Counted from the stretch's first letter, positions 36,622-50,750 are shown. The stretch: DNA of 64,000 nucleotides from Callorhinchus milii (GCF_018977255.1 NW_024704742.1:114826001-114890000), one strand, 5' to 3'. A program made the numbers and translations. The notes: a model not told the origin generated them from the letters alone.

Positions 36622-37922
36622 TCAGAATCTCCTGAAAGCTCTCCTACCACAAATACTCAAGAACATCAGGGTTTCTCACAGTAACAAATCCTCCTGGGTT
36701 GCAATTAGCAAACTGCCTGTGTTGCTCCAAGTTACTAAAAGGAGTATGTTCTACCTACACTCATTTTTAAAGAATTCATAGTTGACATGGGCTGCTTTGG
36801 ATGTAACCTGTGTCAGGCACCTTTCATGGAACCTCCTCAATCAGGTGCTCTTCATTCTAGAGTTTGCAGAAATGTGCTCATTACCAGTTGTGAGAGAAGA
36901 ATGGATTTCTGGAAGCCAAAGGTGAACATTTTGCAGATTTCTTTCAATTTTCCTTCAGACAAAAAAATATTGCGCTTCAACATAACAAGGTATAAATGTG
37001 GGTGCATTGAGAGAGGCTTGGGTTTAGAAATGAAAAAAATAGAAAATAATGATTCACCCCAGTTGATAATGTACAATGTACAAATCCAACAGTGTGCATT
37101 TATCATAACAGCAGTCCGCATAATCTTAATAAGAAATCCCTACCAGCTTTCCTGTGCAACATACAAAGATCGCACATGCTTTTTGTCGCAAAGAAGTTTG
37201 TCAGGGATTTTGTACAAACTCGCCATTACCTTGTTGACATTATTTTTAAAAGACTCATATCTTAAATGATTCAATCGCCTGCTCACAAATATTGTGGGGT
37301 TATCAGCCCTCTTCCTCAATCCCTCTCCACCCACCCTCCAGGTGCCCTTACATCCACAATTTGGTATATTATCCATTAAATATTACTTGTGCACATTAAA
37401 CAGAAAATGAGCTCAGTCAAGAAATTTCAAAAAATGTTGCAAGTTAAAGAATCAATAAATGTTCTCCTACAAAATACATAGTCACTACACTTTACGGTAT
37501 ATCCTTTAAAGTGCTTTGAGACATCCCTCCGACACGAAAGGCGCTGTATCAAATGCATGCATTATTATTTATTTTTAGGTGATTTTTCTTTCTCTTAGCG
37601 AGCGGAAAGCGATGGGTTATGGTTTGTAGAGGCCCTGACTTCCATTTTGCTATCACATAAAGAAGCACTGTTTAGGCCATCGTGGTCCAACAGGTGGCCC
37701 GGCGGGTGATTTTATGTGGCCCGCAACTATTTCCTTCCATTCCAACTTCCATTCCCTCCCCGATGAACGTCCTCCCAGCGCAGCGGCAGGAGCCGGTGGT
37801 TGGGAGGACCCAGCAAGGAGAGCCTTTACTGCAGTCTGTCAGGAAGACAAGCGCGTCTCTTATCAACCGGGTCCTTAGCAACCAACCATCAGCTCCTGCC
37901 ATTGCAGATAGTGACCCGCGCA

Positions 37923-38305
37923 TGGGAGAGAGATTGGGAGAGAGGGGGTGGGGAGAGAGAGAGAGGAGGAGAGAGAGATGTGTGTGAGAGTTAAGAAAGG
38001 AGAAGTAAGAAAGACAGACTGTGAGAGAGTGATTGAGAGAGGGAGAGCAGAGAGAGACTGAGAGAGATTGTGAGAGTGTGAGAGGGTGAGTGTGAGTGAA
38101 TGTGAGTGGCGGAGAGAGTATGGGGTGGGAGGAAGTGAATGTGAGGGAGAGGGGGAGAGAAAGAAACTGAGTGGAGGAAGATTGAGAGAGGGTGATTGAG
38201 AAAGAGTTTGAGAGGGGATAGAGAGAGTGTGTGAGATAGAGAGCGTATGTGTGAGTAAAAGAAGGCAAAGGGGGCGAGAAGGAGGGGGGAGAGAGGAGAG
38301 GGGAG

Positions 38306-38338
<33 letters not shown>

Positions 38339-38472
38339 AATAGAGGGGAGGTGAGAGGAGGAGAGTTGAGAGATAAATAGAGGAGAGGAGAGAGGAGAGG
38401 GAAAGAGAAAAATAGAGGGGAGGAGAGAGGAGAGAGGGGTGGGAGAGAAGGTGGGGGGGGGAGGGGAAGGAA
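37923..38472. repeat. Purine-rich (GA/GGAGA/GTGA) low-complexity tract, about 550 bp
   Basis: Almost entirely G/A on the plus strand. It generates the spurious L/S/P-rich minus-strand ORFs. Confidence 0.95.
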
Positions 38473-41174
38473 AAGTAAAACAGTTGACTTGATAGTAAAA
38501 TCCTGTGAAGCACTTAGACACGTCTCGACTACGTGATGAGGTACTACATCAAATGCAAGGATTATTATTAAAATTATTTCAAGTTTCAGTGAAAACTTGG
38601 GTCTTGGGAGACAATTCACGCTTGATTTAAAGTCTTTGTCTCAATTTTGTTCAGGTATTAAATAGTAAATCTAGTAGTTTTCCTCATTATATGAGTGACC
38701 AATTTATTCTTTTTTTTGATGGGATTATTAACACTGGAAAAGGGATCTGCCAATCCACAAACAACCGGGTTCCTATTTACTGCTGGGTAAACAGAGGTGT
38801 TGACAAACACTGGTCACACCAGTGGCTATATAATAAGCACTGGAGCTGTACAACAAGAATTGATCACATCAGGAACTATATAACAAGAATTGAGCACCAG
38901 GCAAGCATCGTCCATACCAGCAGCTATATAACAAGCATTGGGCAAGTGTTCAAGATTTTCTACAAGGCTGTATTTAGGCAAGAAGAGTTTCTAACTTAAG
39001 TTGTTGAAAGTTTACAGTTGAATGAATGCCACTTATAAAGTTTGCCTTTCCGTGTGTAACCAGACATCTGACATCTGGCTGCACTAACCCAGCATATTGC
39101 AGTTTCATCTATTCAGCTGCCTTTTCCAGGGCTGCAAGGAGACATTTAGCACAATTAACTGAATTGGTTCTCATAATCCCAGAAATGTTGACATAGGATT
39201 GAACTAATTAGAATGCGTATAACCTACATTGTATCTGAATAAAACGGAATGCACTCATGAGTTTTAATGGAGCTGTCCAATCATGAGTGGCATTATCTAC
39301 TCAGTGTTGTCAAAATTAGACTCTGTATCTGCAATTAGATATTAAAGTGTCCTTTGACAGGATTAAAATGCCACGTAGTACATGACTCAAGAGAATAATC
39401 CTTCTCCAAACTATGTCCATTAAACTTTGGGGAGATTATGATGAAAGCATCATTGATTGAAGGCCCCAAACAAATAAGTGGATTTCATGACTCAGCGTGT
39501 AAAATGATAGGATATCATACGCTTAGACATAAGACGCAAAGCCCAACTTCTGCAAGGTAGTCAATTCCTAACATTATTTAAATGTGTCGACATGTATAAC
39601 CATAACATACACAGTCACTGCTGTAAATCCCGTGAAGCACTTTGAGATGGCCTCTTAACATGAAAACACTATATCAAATTTAAGGATTATTATTATTTAT
39701 TCCTATGTTTCTATCTTTCGCTTTTCACATTTTGGGGGTTTTGCCTCCAAACTGTTTTAATCTTCATATTGAACAATCAGGGTTTGGACATAAAGGTTAT
39801 AGATCAAAATATACTTTGTATGCTACCTAATGAATTCCTCAAAGATTATTTTCCTAATCTTTCCCTCTTGTATTACTGTATTTCCAAATTGAATCCTTCT
39901 CATTTTAACCACCATTGGGGAAATATCCCATCCGAGTCTAGATTTTTAGATCAATGGCAAATTGTTGAATTCAATCTCAACTTTGAAGCTGGTTTTCTGT
40001 CGTTCTTAAAAGAACTTACAGAAAACTGGCTACAAAATTAAGCCTATATTCAAGAATCTGCCAAATTCTGGACGCTCTAAAATATAATAATAATCCTTGC
40101 ATTTGATATAGCGCTTTTCAAGTTTTCTAGATTTCTCAAAGCACTTCACAAAATATATTGTAAAGTATATTTGTATATTTATGGATAAAAATGCTACATA
40201 AATAGAGTAAGTCTAGACCCAAGTGGAATTTCCCATTTCATTTAAATGGTTTTAAGCCCAAGAAAATGAGATGTTTCTGGCCCTGGACACTCCAGAGACC
40301 AGGAATGCCTCACCTTTTTAGATATAAAAACATTGTCTTAAAATTTAAGATTGCCAAAAACAAGAAAAAAATGCTTCCAAATTATTTTCCAAAATTCTGC
40401 ACAATCTTACATTTTACGACAATGGTCTTAAACGCAAAAAGATGAGAAATGTGGGACTTGAACTTTAACCTGTTGAACATATCTTTCCCCAGCCCATGGC
40501 CTATATTAAATCTAATTCAGCGCTTTGGAACGTCCTCCTGACGTGAAAGGCAGTAAACAAATCTAATTTTGTGTTGTATTTTGTAAGTACTGATGCTTAA
40601 ATGTTCAACAATCTCCAATTTTTTCTGCACTTCATGGAAGAATTACAGACTCTTCCCTAGTCACCACCTATCTACAAGTTGTGCCAAGACGCAGTACTGT
40701 AAGAGTGCCACGATTTCGCCTCCACAAGCACAATACACTCTAATTCAGGTCAATTAAAACCATTTAGAATTATTACCTTTTTCCCTAATGCAGTCCTTGT
40801 TGATTCAGATAATACCAACTCAATTCCAAATGACTGATGTCCTTCCTTTCTTAGTATGGATTGCTCTCAAAATTCTCTGAAACTTTCCTGCTTGAATTCT
40901 GAACGCTCTATTATCGAAATGCATCTTTTAATTTAGTTTCCATCCATTCTAAATGTTTCATGTTCTGTTATTTAAAATTCATGTTCATTCTCCCTTTACT
41001 TTCTGTTAAGATGATTCTATAACATGCTTCCGACATCTTTTTGCTTCGCGTCCTCTCTCCCTGGATTACGAATCCTTCTAGAAACTTATTTTATGAAACT
41101 TATGTGCTTTTGGTCAACATACTTAATACTCCCTGATCCGTGCCCACTATCAGTTCTCAGCTCAGACTTTTCAG

Positions 41175-41510
41175 CTTGTCTCAGTGAGCAGTGCTCTTGG
41201 CTCATGGTTACAAGGTTGTGGATTCAAGTCCTGCATCAGAGATTTTGAGGTCATAATGAAACCAAGGTCTTGTCCGCCTGTTCAGGTGGACATTAAAGAA
41301 CCCACAAATCTTTTCGAAATGAGTTTCCTGGCCAACAATCATCCAGTTATATTTATCATTCTCCCCTGGCTGTTTGTGGGACATTGCTGTGCAAATTGGC
41401 TGCTACGTTGGCTTACAAATATGCAGTCACTATGCTTCAAAGAAAGCTCTCTGAAGAACTTTGGGGAGTTTTGATATAAAGCACTACTGTACATCAAATG
41501 CAAGGATTAT
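41175..41510 (+). mobile_element. Deu-domain SINE remnant with internal deletion
   Basis: aaggttgtggattcaagtcc head, gcctgttcaggtggacattaaagaaccc, ggctgtttgtgggacattgctgtg and the tail. Confidence 0.7.
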
Positions 41511-42374
41511 TTGTTAAAACCCTTAGACATATTTATTCTATATGAAAGGCAAATTACTGTTGTAGCCTGTAGTATACAAATCTTTGTACACCACTCCCTC
41601 TTCCAGCTGTACTACTTTTTCCCTCTATTCCACTCGGCTCATTGTTTCATTCTGTCTAAAAGCAACTGCGCAAGTTCTGTCTGGTCCAATCAACCCTCTC
41701 TCCATTTAGACATAATTAGCACAATCCTGTTGTACAGTTTATTAGTTTTCCAAAACCCAGTGGCACTTTTCCACTTTTTCCATGTCTCATTCCCTCAAAG
41801 CCATTTTTAAGGAATATTGCAGGAACACTTTGAAGGGCCTCATAACTGGCAGCTTTTAAAGATTAATTACATTTAAATCCATCTTTTTAAAATGTTCCTC
41901 TGCCCTCTTTCTCAGATAAACTTTCTCCTTATTAGGATAAGTGAAGTCATCATCCAACGTTTCTTGGACAAAGCAGATCTAGATTCCTACATTACTAAAC
42001 AAAACGACTGCTGAAAATAAAACTGGCATGATGTCTTCTATCCTACCCTCCAACCCAGTCAAAATATTATCATAGAATTACAACACAGCATGGAAACAGG
42101 CCATTCAATCCAACTAGTCTGTGTCAGTGTTTATACTCCACACGAGTCTCCTCCAGTCTCCCATACCCCTCTATTGTTTCTCCCTCATGTACGCATTATC
42201 ATTCTGGTACACTTCTTATTTAAATATAAATTTTAACATACTTAACATTTTAAGACAAGAGGAATTTAAATTTATAGAATAACTGTGACCATCCAACTGT
42301 TGCTCCGATTAACAGTTCACAAAAAAGCACAGAATAAAGGCAATGCAATAAATCCATCCAGTAAGAAATTTAAC

Positions 42375-42790
42375 AATTTGTATCTATACAGCGCTCTTCA
42401 CGTGGCGTAGCATCTCAAAGCACTGAACAATGGCTTAGATTGATATCAAACCAGGCAGAAAGGGGAGGAGACTGTACGAACAGTGAAAGAGAAATTTCTT
42501 CAGGTTCAATCTGAAGACGGCAAAAGGGGCAAGACACAGGGCACTGAAGCAGAGGTTCGGGGCATAGTGGCTGAAGGCACACCCGCTGATGATAGAGCGG
42601 AGGGGTTGAGGGACACCTGGAAGATGGAGGCATGGGGTGTGAGCAAGTTGGAGAGGTGCTGGGGCATGAAGAGATTAATAAGTATTTGTGAGGATGTTAA
42701 AAGTGATCTGTACTGGAACAGGGAACCAATGGAGCTCGACAATGACTGTGATGACGGAAACAGGTGACAATACGGACAGCAGAATTTTGA
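42375..42790 (-). mobile_element. Decayed L2 3' fragment
   Basis: cggggcatagtggctgaaggcac (reverse of AFSHYAP) and the tail in reverse. Confidence 0.7.
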
Positions 42791-42853
42791 GGGGGGTGAT
42801 TTGCCGATCATGGGTAAATTCTCCTAGCTTTAATGATGTGAGCTTATTATAGA

Positions 42854-43160
42854 AATAATAATAATAATAATCCTTGCATTTGATATAGCGCTTTTCACAT
42901 CCCAGAGCGCTTCACAGAACACACTGTAAAGTGAATTGACTGTATATTTGTGGGCGAACGCAGCAGCCAATTGCGCACAGCAATGTCTCACAAACAGTCG
43001 TAGATGGAAAATGACCAATTTATTATTGTTTTTGGTTTGGAGGGATTATTATTAGGCGTGTGGAGTAAGGAAACTTGCCCAAGGTTTCGCCCTGCCTGGA
43101 ACTGAACTCAGGTCACTCGCTTGCAAAGCGAGTGCTCTAAACACTGAGCTACAGGACTCC
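42854..43160 (-). mobile_element. Full-length tRNA-headed SINE, short variant
   Basis: Ends in cactgagctacaggactcc (reverse of the head) and begins with the (AAT)n tail. Confidence 0.92.
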
Positions 43161-43224
43161 TAAATATCCCATCATAACCTTACATCACCAGAGTCAACCA
43201 GTTTATCATCCATAGTTAAAACAA

Positions 43225-43615
43225 GAATAATAATCATTTATTTGGTTTTGCGCCTTTTCACGTCAGGAGAACGTTTCCAAATGTTCTGCAGAATACACTG
43301 TAAAATGTAGTGACTGTGTGCCTTGTGGGTTAATCCGGCATCCAATTTGCACGTAGCAATGTCCCACAAACAACCATGACCAATTTTATTTGGGGGATTG
43401 TTAGTCATGTAGCTCCCTTCTCTTATCAAGTTGTGCCATGGGATCTTATCCTCCACCTGAACAGCCAAATGGGACCTCAGTTTAAGAGCATCATCTGAAG
43501 GAAGGCACCTCAAATAGTGCAGCACATCCCAGCAATCCATTGGCGTATCAGTCTAGACTATACGAGTTCCAAGTTGGCATGGGGACTTCAACCCACAACT
43601 TTCTGATTCAGAGAC
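43225..43615 (-). mobile_element. Deu-domain SINE
   Basis: Reverse-complement match to the 27553 copy (gcaatgtcccacaaacaaccatg..gtgccatgggatctt..catcatctgaagg..acccacaactttctgattcag). Confidence 0.8.
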
Positions 43616-43689
43616 AAGAAGAATAAAAGACCAAAAGTGAGAATCACCTGGTTAGAGATTAGTTGTACAAATGCTTGCCCACCATCTTC

Positions 43690-44237
43690 AGGAACTCACA
43701 ATTTATCCTTGCCGCTCTCCCATCCACTACCATCCATAAAATCCAAATCATTCAAAACTCTGCCGCCCGCATTCTCACCCACACGAAACTCCGCTCCCCG
43801 ATCACCCCAGTCCTTGCCAGACTGCACTGGCTGCCTATCCCAGAGAGGATCGATTTCAAGATCCTGACCCTTGTATTCAAGTCCCTGCACTCCTCTGCAC
43901 CCCCCTCCCTCTCTGACCTCCTCTCTCCTCAAAACAGTACCCATTGCTTTCGTTCCTCCGGGTCTGGCCTCCTCTTCGTCCCCCGAGTCCTCCACTCCAC
44001 CCTCGGTGGCTGTGCCTTCAGCCACTATGCCCCGAGGCTCTGGAACTCCCTTCCTCACACCCTTCCTCACTCCCTTCCTCCCTTCTCATTTTCAGGTCTC
44101 TGCTTTCTTTTCGACCGCGCCTTTGGTCACCTTCCTCCCCCTCCCCCTGGCTCAGTCCCGGGATCCGTTACTGTAAAGCGCTCTAAGACGCCGTCCGGCG
44201 TGGAGGGCACTATATAAATCCAAGTTGTTGTTGTTGC
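43690..44237 (+). mobile_element. L2 3' fragment (second tail type)
   Basis: KIQIIQNSAARILT..ITPVLARLHWLPIPERIDFKIL..APRLWNSLP, with a (TTG)n tail. Confidence 0.92.
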
Positions 44238-44830
44238 TGTTATTCCAGATAGGCTTAGCTTTAAATGTAATCCTTCACCGGAAAGACCAATTGAACCCAG
44301 TCTAGTAAAACAGTGTGAGAGGCCCCGTGGAATGAATCTTCGAGAAGCCATTCAGTTCAGGTTACAAACTGTTTGGAAAACAGTGCTATTATATCTCAAG
44401 TGCTTGCTGAAACAATAAAACTCAGTGGATCTGCTATAAAATTAAAAAGCAGCTATGGAACCCGCAGAGAACAAGAGGCATCTACTTAACGCAGTCCATG
44501 AGCTTCCCTCTGTCTAACACAATAATAACTGTCCTCAAATCCTGGGATTTACAGAGGCTTCTGGAGGATTGCTCTTGTGCTCTCTTTTTGAAGAGCAGTT
44601 AAAATGCTTTTTTGTCATTCACTGTGGGTTACAAAGCAAGCCTAGAACACACAAAATCACAATCATATTTACAGGAAGCTCTCATTAAAAGAACATCTTT
44701 GGGAAAAATTTTGTTGGCTTTACTGACAGATATGAATGGTGTTAAAGCTCACCATCATGTCACTTGTATTCAAGACTCACAATAAACATAACCTCTTCAT
44801 GAGGACAGAACAGTGCACCTTCAAACTAGT

Positions 44831-44953
44831 ACACAAAACCAAACAGCTGTCTGAGGCTGGGACACAAAACCAAAAAGCTGTCTGAGGCTGGGACACAAAA
44901 CCAAAAAGCTGTCTGAGGCTGGGACACAAAACCAAACAGCTGTCTGAGGCTGG
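44831..44953. repeat. Minisatellite, 31-bp unit in 4 copies
   Basis: acacaaaaccaaa(c/a)agctgtctgaggctggg starts at 44831, 44862, 44893 and 44924. Confidence 0.95.
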
Positions 44954-45009
44954 ACACTTCAGGAGTTTGTAATGGAATATGGGAGGGAAGCACTTCTCTA
45001 TCTTTCCGA

Positions 45010-45312
45010 TTTGCTCACATCCTACTCCTCTGCCCACTGCCTTCACTCAGCTGGCTCAGGTCTGTTGCACGTCCCTTGTCCTCTCCACTCTACCATTGAC
45101 AGCCACTCTTTTAGCCTCAAATCTCTGGAACTCCCTGCCTCAATCCCTTAATTTCTCCCTCTTTGCCAGACTTCAAATCACACCTGAAGGCTTTCCTCTT
45201 TGACTGTGCCTTCAATCACCACCCCTCCCTTTCCAGCTCGGTGTCATAACTGTTAAGCGCTCTGAGATACCACCATGTGAAGGGCACTATATAAATGCAA
45301 GTTATTGTTGTG
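45010..45312 (+). mobile_element. Decayed L2 3' end
   Basis: ctctggaactccctgcctcaatcc and tail gttaagcgctctgagat..gtgaagggcactatataaatgcaag. Confidence 0.75.
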
Positions 45313-46224
45313 TTTTGTATGGATGGAGATGCTCCTGGATTGAGTTGGAGACTTAATCCCCCATCTCATCAACAAAACCCCAAGGAGCTTTGAACTGAAC
45401 AGCTTTGAATGGCTCAGAGATGATGTTCAAAATTAATAAGAGTCAGAAAGGCAAAATGGAAGATGCAGGGATTGAATAAGTTACTGGCGCCTCGCTGCAG
45501 GATGAAGCTTCAGTAAACCGCATCCCCAGCAGGGATCTTGTGTAGATCACATCAACTCCCTCTTGAAATCGTCAGCGCAATCTAACACCTTTGCCTTTCT
45601 TGGAATACTAATCCTCACCTCGTTCCACTTACTTTTTTTTACTGTTAAGGTCAGAATAGAGACCATGAAATGGTTTTCTTATTAAACCCAGTGACAGACG
45701 AGGACTGCAAAAGCAAGGCAAAGGGATGATAGGAGTGAATTCCAGAGAGCAGGGGCATAATGGTTAAAATATTCTAGTCCCAATTATCATCTCTTTCCCC
45801 CTTATCCGTGCATACTATTAATGTCAATTGTTTCCTTAATATCTAATGTCAGAGCCTTCAATGCCAGAGAATATTATTATAGTTTCTAATGCTATGTGGT
45901 GGAGACTATGACTTTTTTTAATGTTACACCGAATGACAATTTTAAGCACTGGCAGATCAGGCATGTCACAAGCTTCCATGAATAGGTTTAGTCTCTCCAG
46001 AATGAGATTGCAATTTTAGGTCCAATTAATGCCACATTTAAGGCAATTTTATATTGTGCACTTTTGTTTATGGGGAACTAGTTTGAGAATTTTTCAATTC
46101 ACTTCAATTCTGTTGCCAAAGGGGAATTGAACTCCAACCATTCCTTTCACTGCATAACTCTTATCTATTTAATCACTACAGATATTGGTACTGTCTCTTT
46201 TTCCTCATATCACAGCACAATGCT

Positions 46225-46458
46225 GTATGGGGGTTGAGTTGTTCGGATCTGGAATGCACTGCCTGAAAGGGTGGCAGAAGCAGATTCGATAACAACTTTC
46301 AAGAGAGAAGTGGATAGATATTTGGGGAGGAAAAATTTGCAAGGCTATGGGGAGAGCACGGGGGAGTGGGATTAATTTGGACAGCTCTTTCAAGAGCCGA
46401 CATGGGCACGATGGACCGAATGGCCTCATTCTGTGCTGTATAATTCTACAATTCTATG
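46225..46458 (+). mobile_element. CR1 3' end
   Basis: VVRIWNALPERVAEADSITTFKREVD, and UTR gaccgaatggcctcattctgtgctgta. Confidence 0.88.
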
Positions 46459-48039
46459 AACACGCTCACCAACATTATGTCTTCAATGGTGCAGCTACAA
46501 CCTCCTGGTTTTACTCCCTGTGAAGCCTAAATTAAAATGAAAATCCCCTGGCCATTGTCTGTAATAAAGCAGTGACATTCTTTGCTGGCAACAATATAAG
46601 AATATAGGAACCAGAGTGCGGCATTCAACTTGTCCCACAATTTTCATAGAACATCGCTGATATTATAATCCCACATTTCTCAAAATCTCATAATACCTTT
46701 ATTTCCCAAGCATATAAATAGTAATGATCCTTGTACTTGATAAGCACCACAATAAGCACCTTATTGTGCTGCTGAAAACATTTGTAGACCAGCACAGTAG
46801 CCAATTTGATCACACCAATATCCCACAAACAGCCCATGAATTGAACAATAAACATCTTGGTTTAACATCTCATCCGGAGGACAACACCTCCGACAATGTA
46901 GTATGCCCCCAACATGGCATCGGAGTGTCCACGTAAACCGTGAATTCAAAGTCCCAATGTTGAGCTCGAACCCACAACCTTACTTAGGGTTGAGAGAGCT
47001 ACCAACTGAGCCAGCCAGGCAACTAGCAGATGCTGTTCAGTCTTCAACAAATTCTTAAGGAACTGAGTTCACTTGAAAACCTTCCCAAATGCCGAGAATG
47101 ATAATACACCTTAAAGTAAGCTCTTGGTGTAGGAGGCTCTGCTTAACACAGGCATTTACTTTAAATAGACATTTAAAATTGAAACCAGATGCTTGGGCTG
47201 ATGGCTGCACACTTTGTGAGCTGGTCAACCATGAGATCAGTTAGATTGGATGGACATTGTTAGATTTTCAAAGGGAAACCATAACACCAGTTTCAATGGA
47301 TCAGTAAACACCAATCAACATCTCTGATCAAGTATCCTCACAGGTGAGACACCTTCTGCCTGACCAACGGAAGACATGAGAAGCAACCATTGTTGTTGAA
47401 TGGTCTTGAAGATGTTACCTCACGTGAAGTGTGCTATATAAATGCTGCTTTATTAACTGTTGTTAATAAACGTTGTTTTTAAATGGTCTCTCGCCCCTAG
47501 GCTATGCTCAAAAAAAAACGCTAATTCGGGGGTGGGAGGTCGGAGGATTGTGGGCAGAGGCGAAACATCTTTAACAGAGAAGAAAGGAGACTGGAAGAAG
47601 AAATGCTTGGAGAGTCTTCCCTAGAAACTGGGTGAGACTCAACAGCCGAAGCAATATCTCCACCTGCAATAGTCATTCTCTTTCTTTCTCGTGTCAATGA
47701 TGTACTTTAAATCTACTGTCTCTGTGAATATCTGTGGACTCTGTTCATTAAAATTCAGTGGAAAAGTGCCAACCAATTCAGTCTTCATAATTACAATAGC
47801 CTCTAAATTAGACTGGAACTGTGATTTATTTTTGAGAAGGTATTCATTCCTGTAGCGTTATCACCTGCGCAGGTGCTGAGCTGAACAAGATAGTCAGGTA
47901 GAACTCGTCCAACCCAGGGGACAGTTTGTGTTGCTTGTCGTTCTTGTAGGTAAGTGGTGTCACAGCATATCAAGTGGCTGAAGTAAGTCAGCACAGTTTA
48001 ATAATAATAATCCTTGCATTTGATATAAAGCCTTATCTC

Positions 48040-49288
48040 TCTATCTGTGACTAGGGCTCCCTCTGCCTCCTCATCCTCCTGGAACTCTCTGCCGCATTCA
48101 AAACAGTCGACCGAGCCATCATCCTCCACCACTTCTCCTCCGTCATCCACCTTATTGGTACCGCACTCGCATGGTTCGAGTTTTACTTAACCAACTGCCT
48201 CCATTTCATCTCGACAAATGATTTCTCCTCCCACCCCCACACGGTCACCTACAGGGTACCCCAGGGCTCCATCCTTGGCCCTCTTCATTTCCTTATCTAT
48301 ATGCTCCCTCTGGGCGATGTCATCCGCAGACACGGGGAAAACTTCCACATGTATGCGAATGACACACAAATCTACTTTGCCTCCTCCAGCAATCACTCCA
48401 GATCTGCCAATATTCTATCAGTTTGTCTGGCAGACATCAGGGCCTGAATGATTATAAACTTCCTGCAGCTGAATGTGGACAAGACAGAAGTCATACATCT
48501 TGGCTCCCGTCAACGTCTTCACTCCTGCAGATCTGAACTCCTGAACGTCCCTGGGCTCTAACTCACTCACCGAACCAGTGCACAATATAGGCGTCCAGTT
48601 TGACCCCAAGCTGTCCTTCCTCCCCCACATCCAATCCCTGACCAGGACCACCTTCTTCCACCTCCGCCACATTGCCCGTCTCCAACCGTAGCATCCTCCA
48701 AATGCAGCCAAAACCCTTGTGCATTCATTTGTCACCTCCCGCTTGGATTACTCCAACACACTCCTCCCCGGTCTCCCCAGCTCCACCATTCACAAGATGC
48801 AGCTCATTCAGAACTCTTGCCGCCCGCATACTGACCCAGACCAAGCTCCATACCCACATCTCACCAGTTCTGGCCAGGCTCCACTAGCTCCCCATTACCG
48901 AATGGATCGACATCCAAGATCCTCACATTCGGGTTCAAATCCCTTCACTCTCTGGCACCTCCCTACCTCTCCGGCCTCCTCACTCCCCAATCCACCACCC
49001 AGAGTCTCCACTCGACTGGCTCCAGCCACTTGCTCGTCCCTCGCACCTCCCCCCCCACCACCAGAGGTCGCATTTTCAGCCACTACGCCCCAAAACTCTG
49101 GAACACTCCCCTCAATCCCTCTGCCTTGCCCCCTCCCCTCTTTCAAGTCCCGCCTGAAAATCTTCCTCTTCGACCGTGCTTATGGTCACCTCCCCACCCC
49201 CCTGGCTCAGAATCAGGCTTCACGTTTATAAAGTGCTCTGAGATGCTGCCCTGTGTGGTAGGGCGCTATATAGGTGCAAGTTGTTGTT
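48040..49288 (+). mobile_element. L2 LINE fragment covering the RT C-terminal half to the tail
   Basis: SAAFKTVD, GVPQGSILGPL, FHMYANDTQIY, FVTSRLDYSNTLL and APKLWN, with frameshifts and stops. Confidence 0.93.
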
Positions 49289-49289
49289 A

Positions 49290-49540
49290 TCAAGTCGTCG
49301 AGATGTCTCAAAGCATTTCACAAATACACTGTGCATTTAGTGCGAAACGCGCCAAATAGCTTGCGCACAGCAATGTCCCACAAACAGCCATGGAGTGAGT
49401 GACCAATTTTATTTGGGGGATTGTTGGCCAGGAAACTGGGGAAAAAATCCCTTCTCTTTTCGAATTGTGCCATGGGATCTTTAACATCCACATGAACAGG
49501 CAAACAGGACTTTGGGTTAATGCTTCATCTGAAGGAAAGC
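49290..49540 (-). mobile_element. Deu-domain SINE 3' part
   Basis: gcacagcaatgtcccacaaacagccatg..gtgccatgggatctttaacatccacatgaacagg. Confidence 0.8.
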
Positions 49541-50377
49541 TTCAAAGACCAATTCTCTGTCTCCTCCAACATTGAATTTTAAAAAAAACCTTGAGCTATT
49601 AATTCAAACAGGATAAGAAATGTATACAGACTGTATTTGTGTTAAGTCTGCTGGAAAGTAGACTGTTCTCTATTAAACAACGCGCAGATCAACTCTTCCC
49701 GTCCCTGCTTCCAACACATTATGCCAGTTTTATTAGTCAGAAGCTTGTTGCTATGTTACGCATTGCAATACAGATCAGTACTCGAACAAGAACCATAATG
49801 AGTGGTTTGTCGCCAGTAGTGTGCACTAAAATACTGAGACATGGTACACAGGGTAATACTGTCGGTCAGATATTTATCTTCCTGAAAAATGCTGAGCGGC
49901 ACTGAACATCAGTTAACACACAATCCTCTTGCCTTCTTTTCTATGCAAAAGAGTTGAAGTTTGTTGTCATAATGATGCTGCACCACATGCAGACAAGCTG
50001 ATGCTAGAATTCTTTATTAAGTACCACTGACGTCTGTTCGAACTGCAGAAGAGGATTACAGGGATTACTCCGTCTACCACTCCTAAAAATATCTTGATTA
50101 AAAAAACTGATCTTAAAACTGTGACTTATAGGTGAACTCCATTGCGCCAGATATTGGCCACATAAAAATAGGAGACTGTTCAGACTGTTAGATTGGTTTC
50201 TTAAATCATGGCAGGACCTTTATTTCCCAAATATCATACATGTCCCTTTTAAACGTCCCAATTGATTCCGCTTCTGTGACCTTCTAAGGCAGTGCATTCC
50301 ACAATGTCAAATCCTTCCATTTCAGTAAATGTTTTCTGATCTAACCTGGCTCTAATATAATGCTTATTGTCCTGTGG

Positions 50378-50750
50378 AGTATTTTAACTCAGTGGTTAGA
50401 GCACTCACTTCGCAAGAAAGAAACCTGAGTGCGATTCCCGGGGAGGGTGAAACGTTGGGCAAGTTTCCTTACTCCACACGTCTCAGTTTACCTAGCAGTA
50501 AGTAGGAACCCGGTTGTTAGTCAATTGGCGGATCGCTTTTCCAGGGGTAATAATTCCTTTAAAAAAATTGATCACTCAATCCACGACTGTTTGTGGAACA
50601 CTGCTGTGCACAATTGGCTGCTGCGTTTCGCCCACAAAATATAAAGTCAATTCACTTTACAGTATATTCTGTGAAGCGTCTTTGAGACGTCTCTTAGCCT
50701 TTAGTGCATATTCACAATAATCCTTACGCTATATCAAATGCAAGGATTAT
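50378..50750 (+). mobile_element. tRNA-headed SINE, long variant, with rearranged tail
   Basis: Head, then ttgggcaagtttccttactccacacgtctcagtttacctagcagtaagtagg (CORE-like). The tail contains an inverted duplication. Confidence 0.9.

Noticed and set aside
36787..37269. 160-aa ORF
   Set aside because: No recognisable domain and no supporting exon structure.
37672..38619. 315-aa, 212-aa and 176-aa minus-strand ORFs
   Set aside because: Translations of a CT-rich low-complexity tract with no domain signal.
44831..44953. CRISPR-like array
   Set aside because: Contiguous units without spacers, in eukaryotic DNA, with no cas genes.
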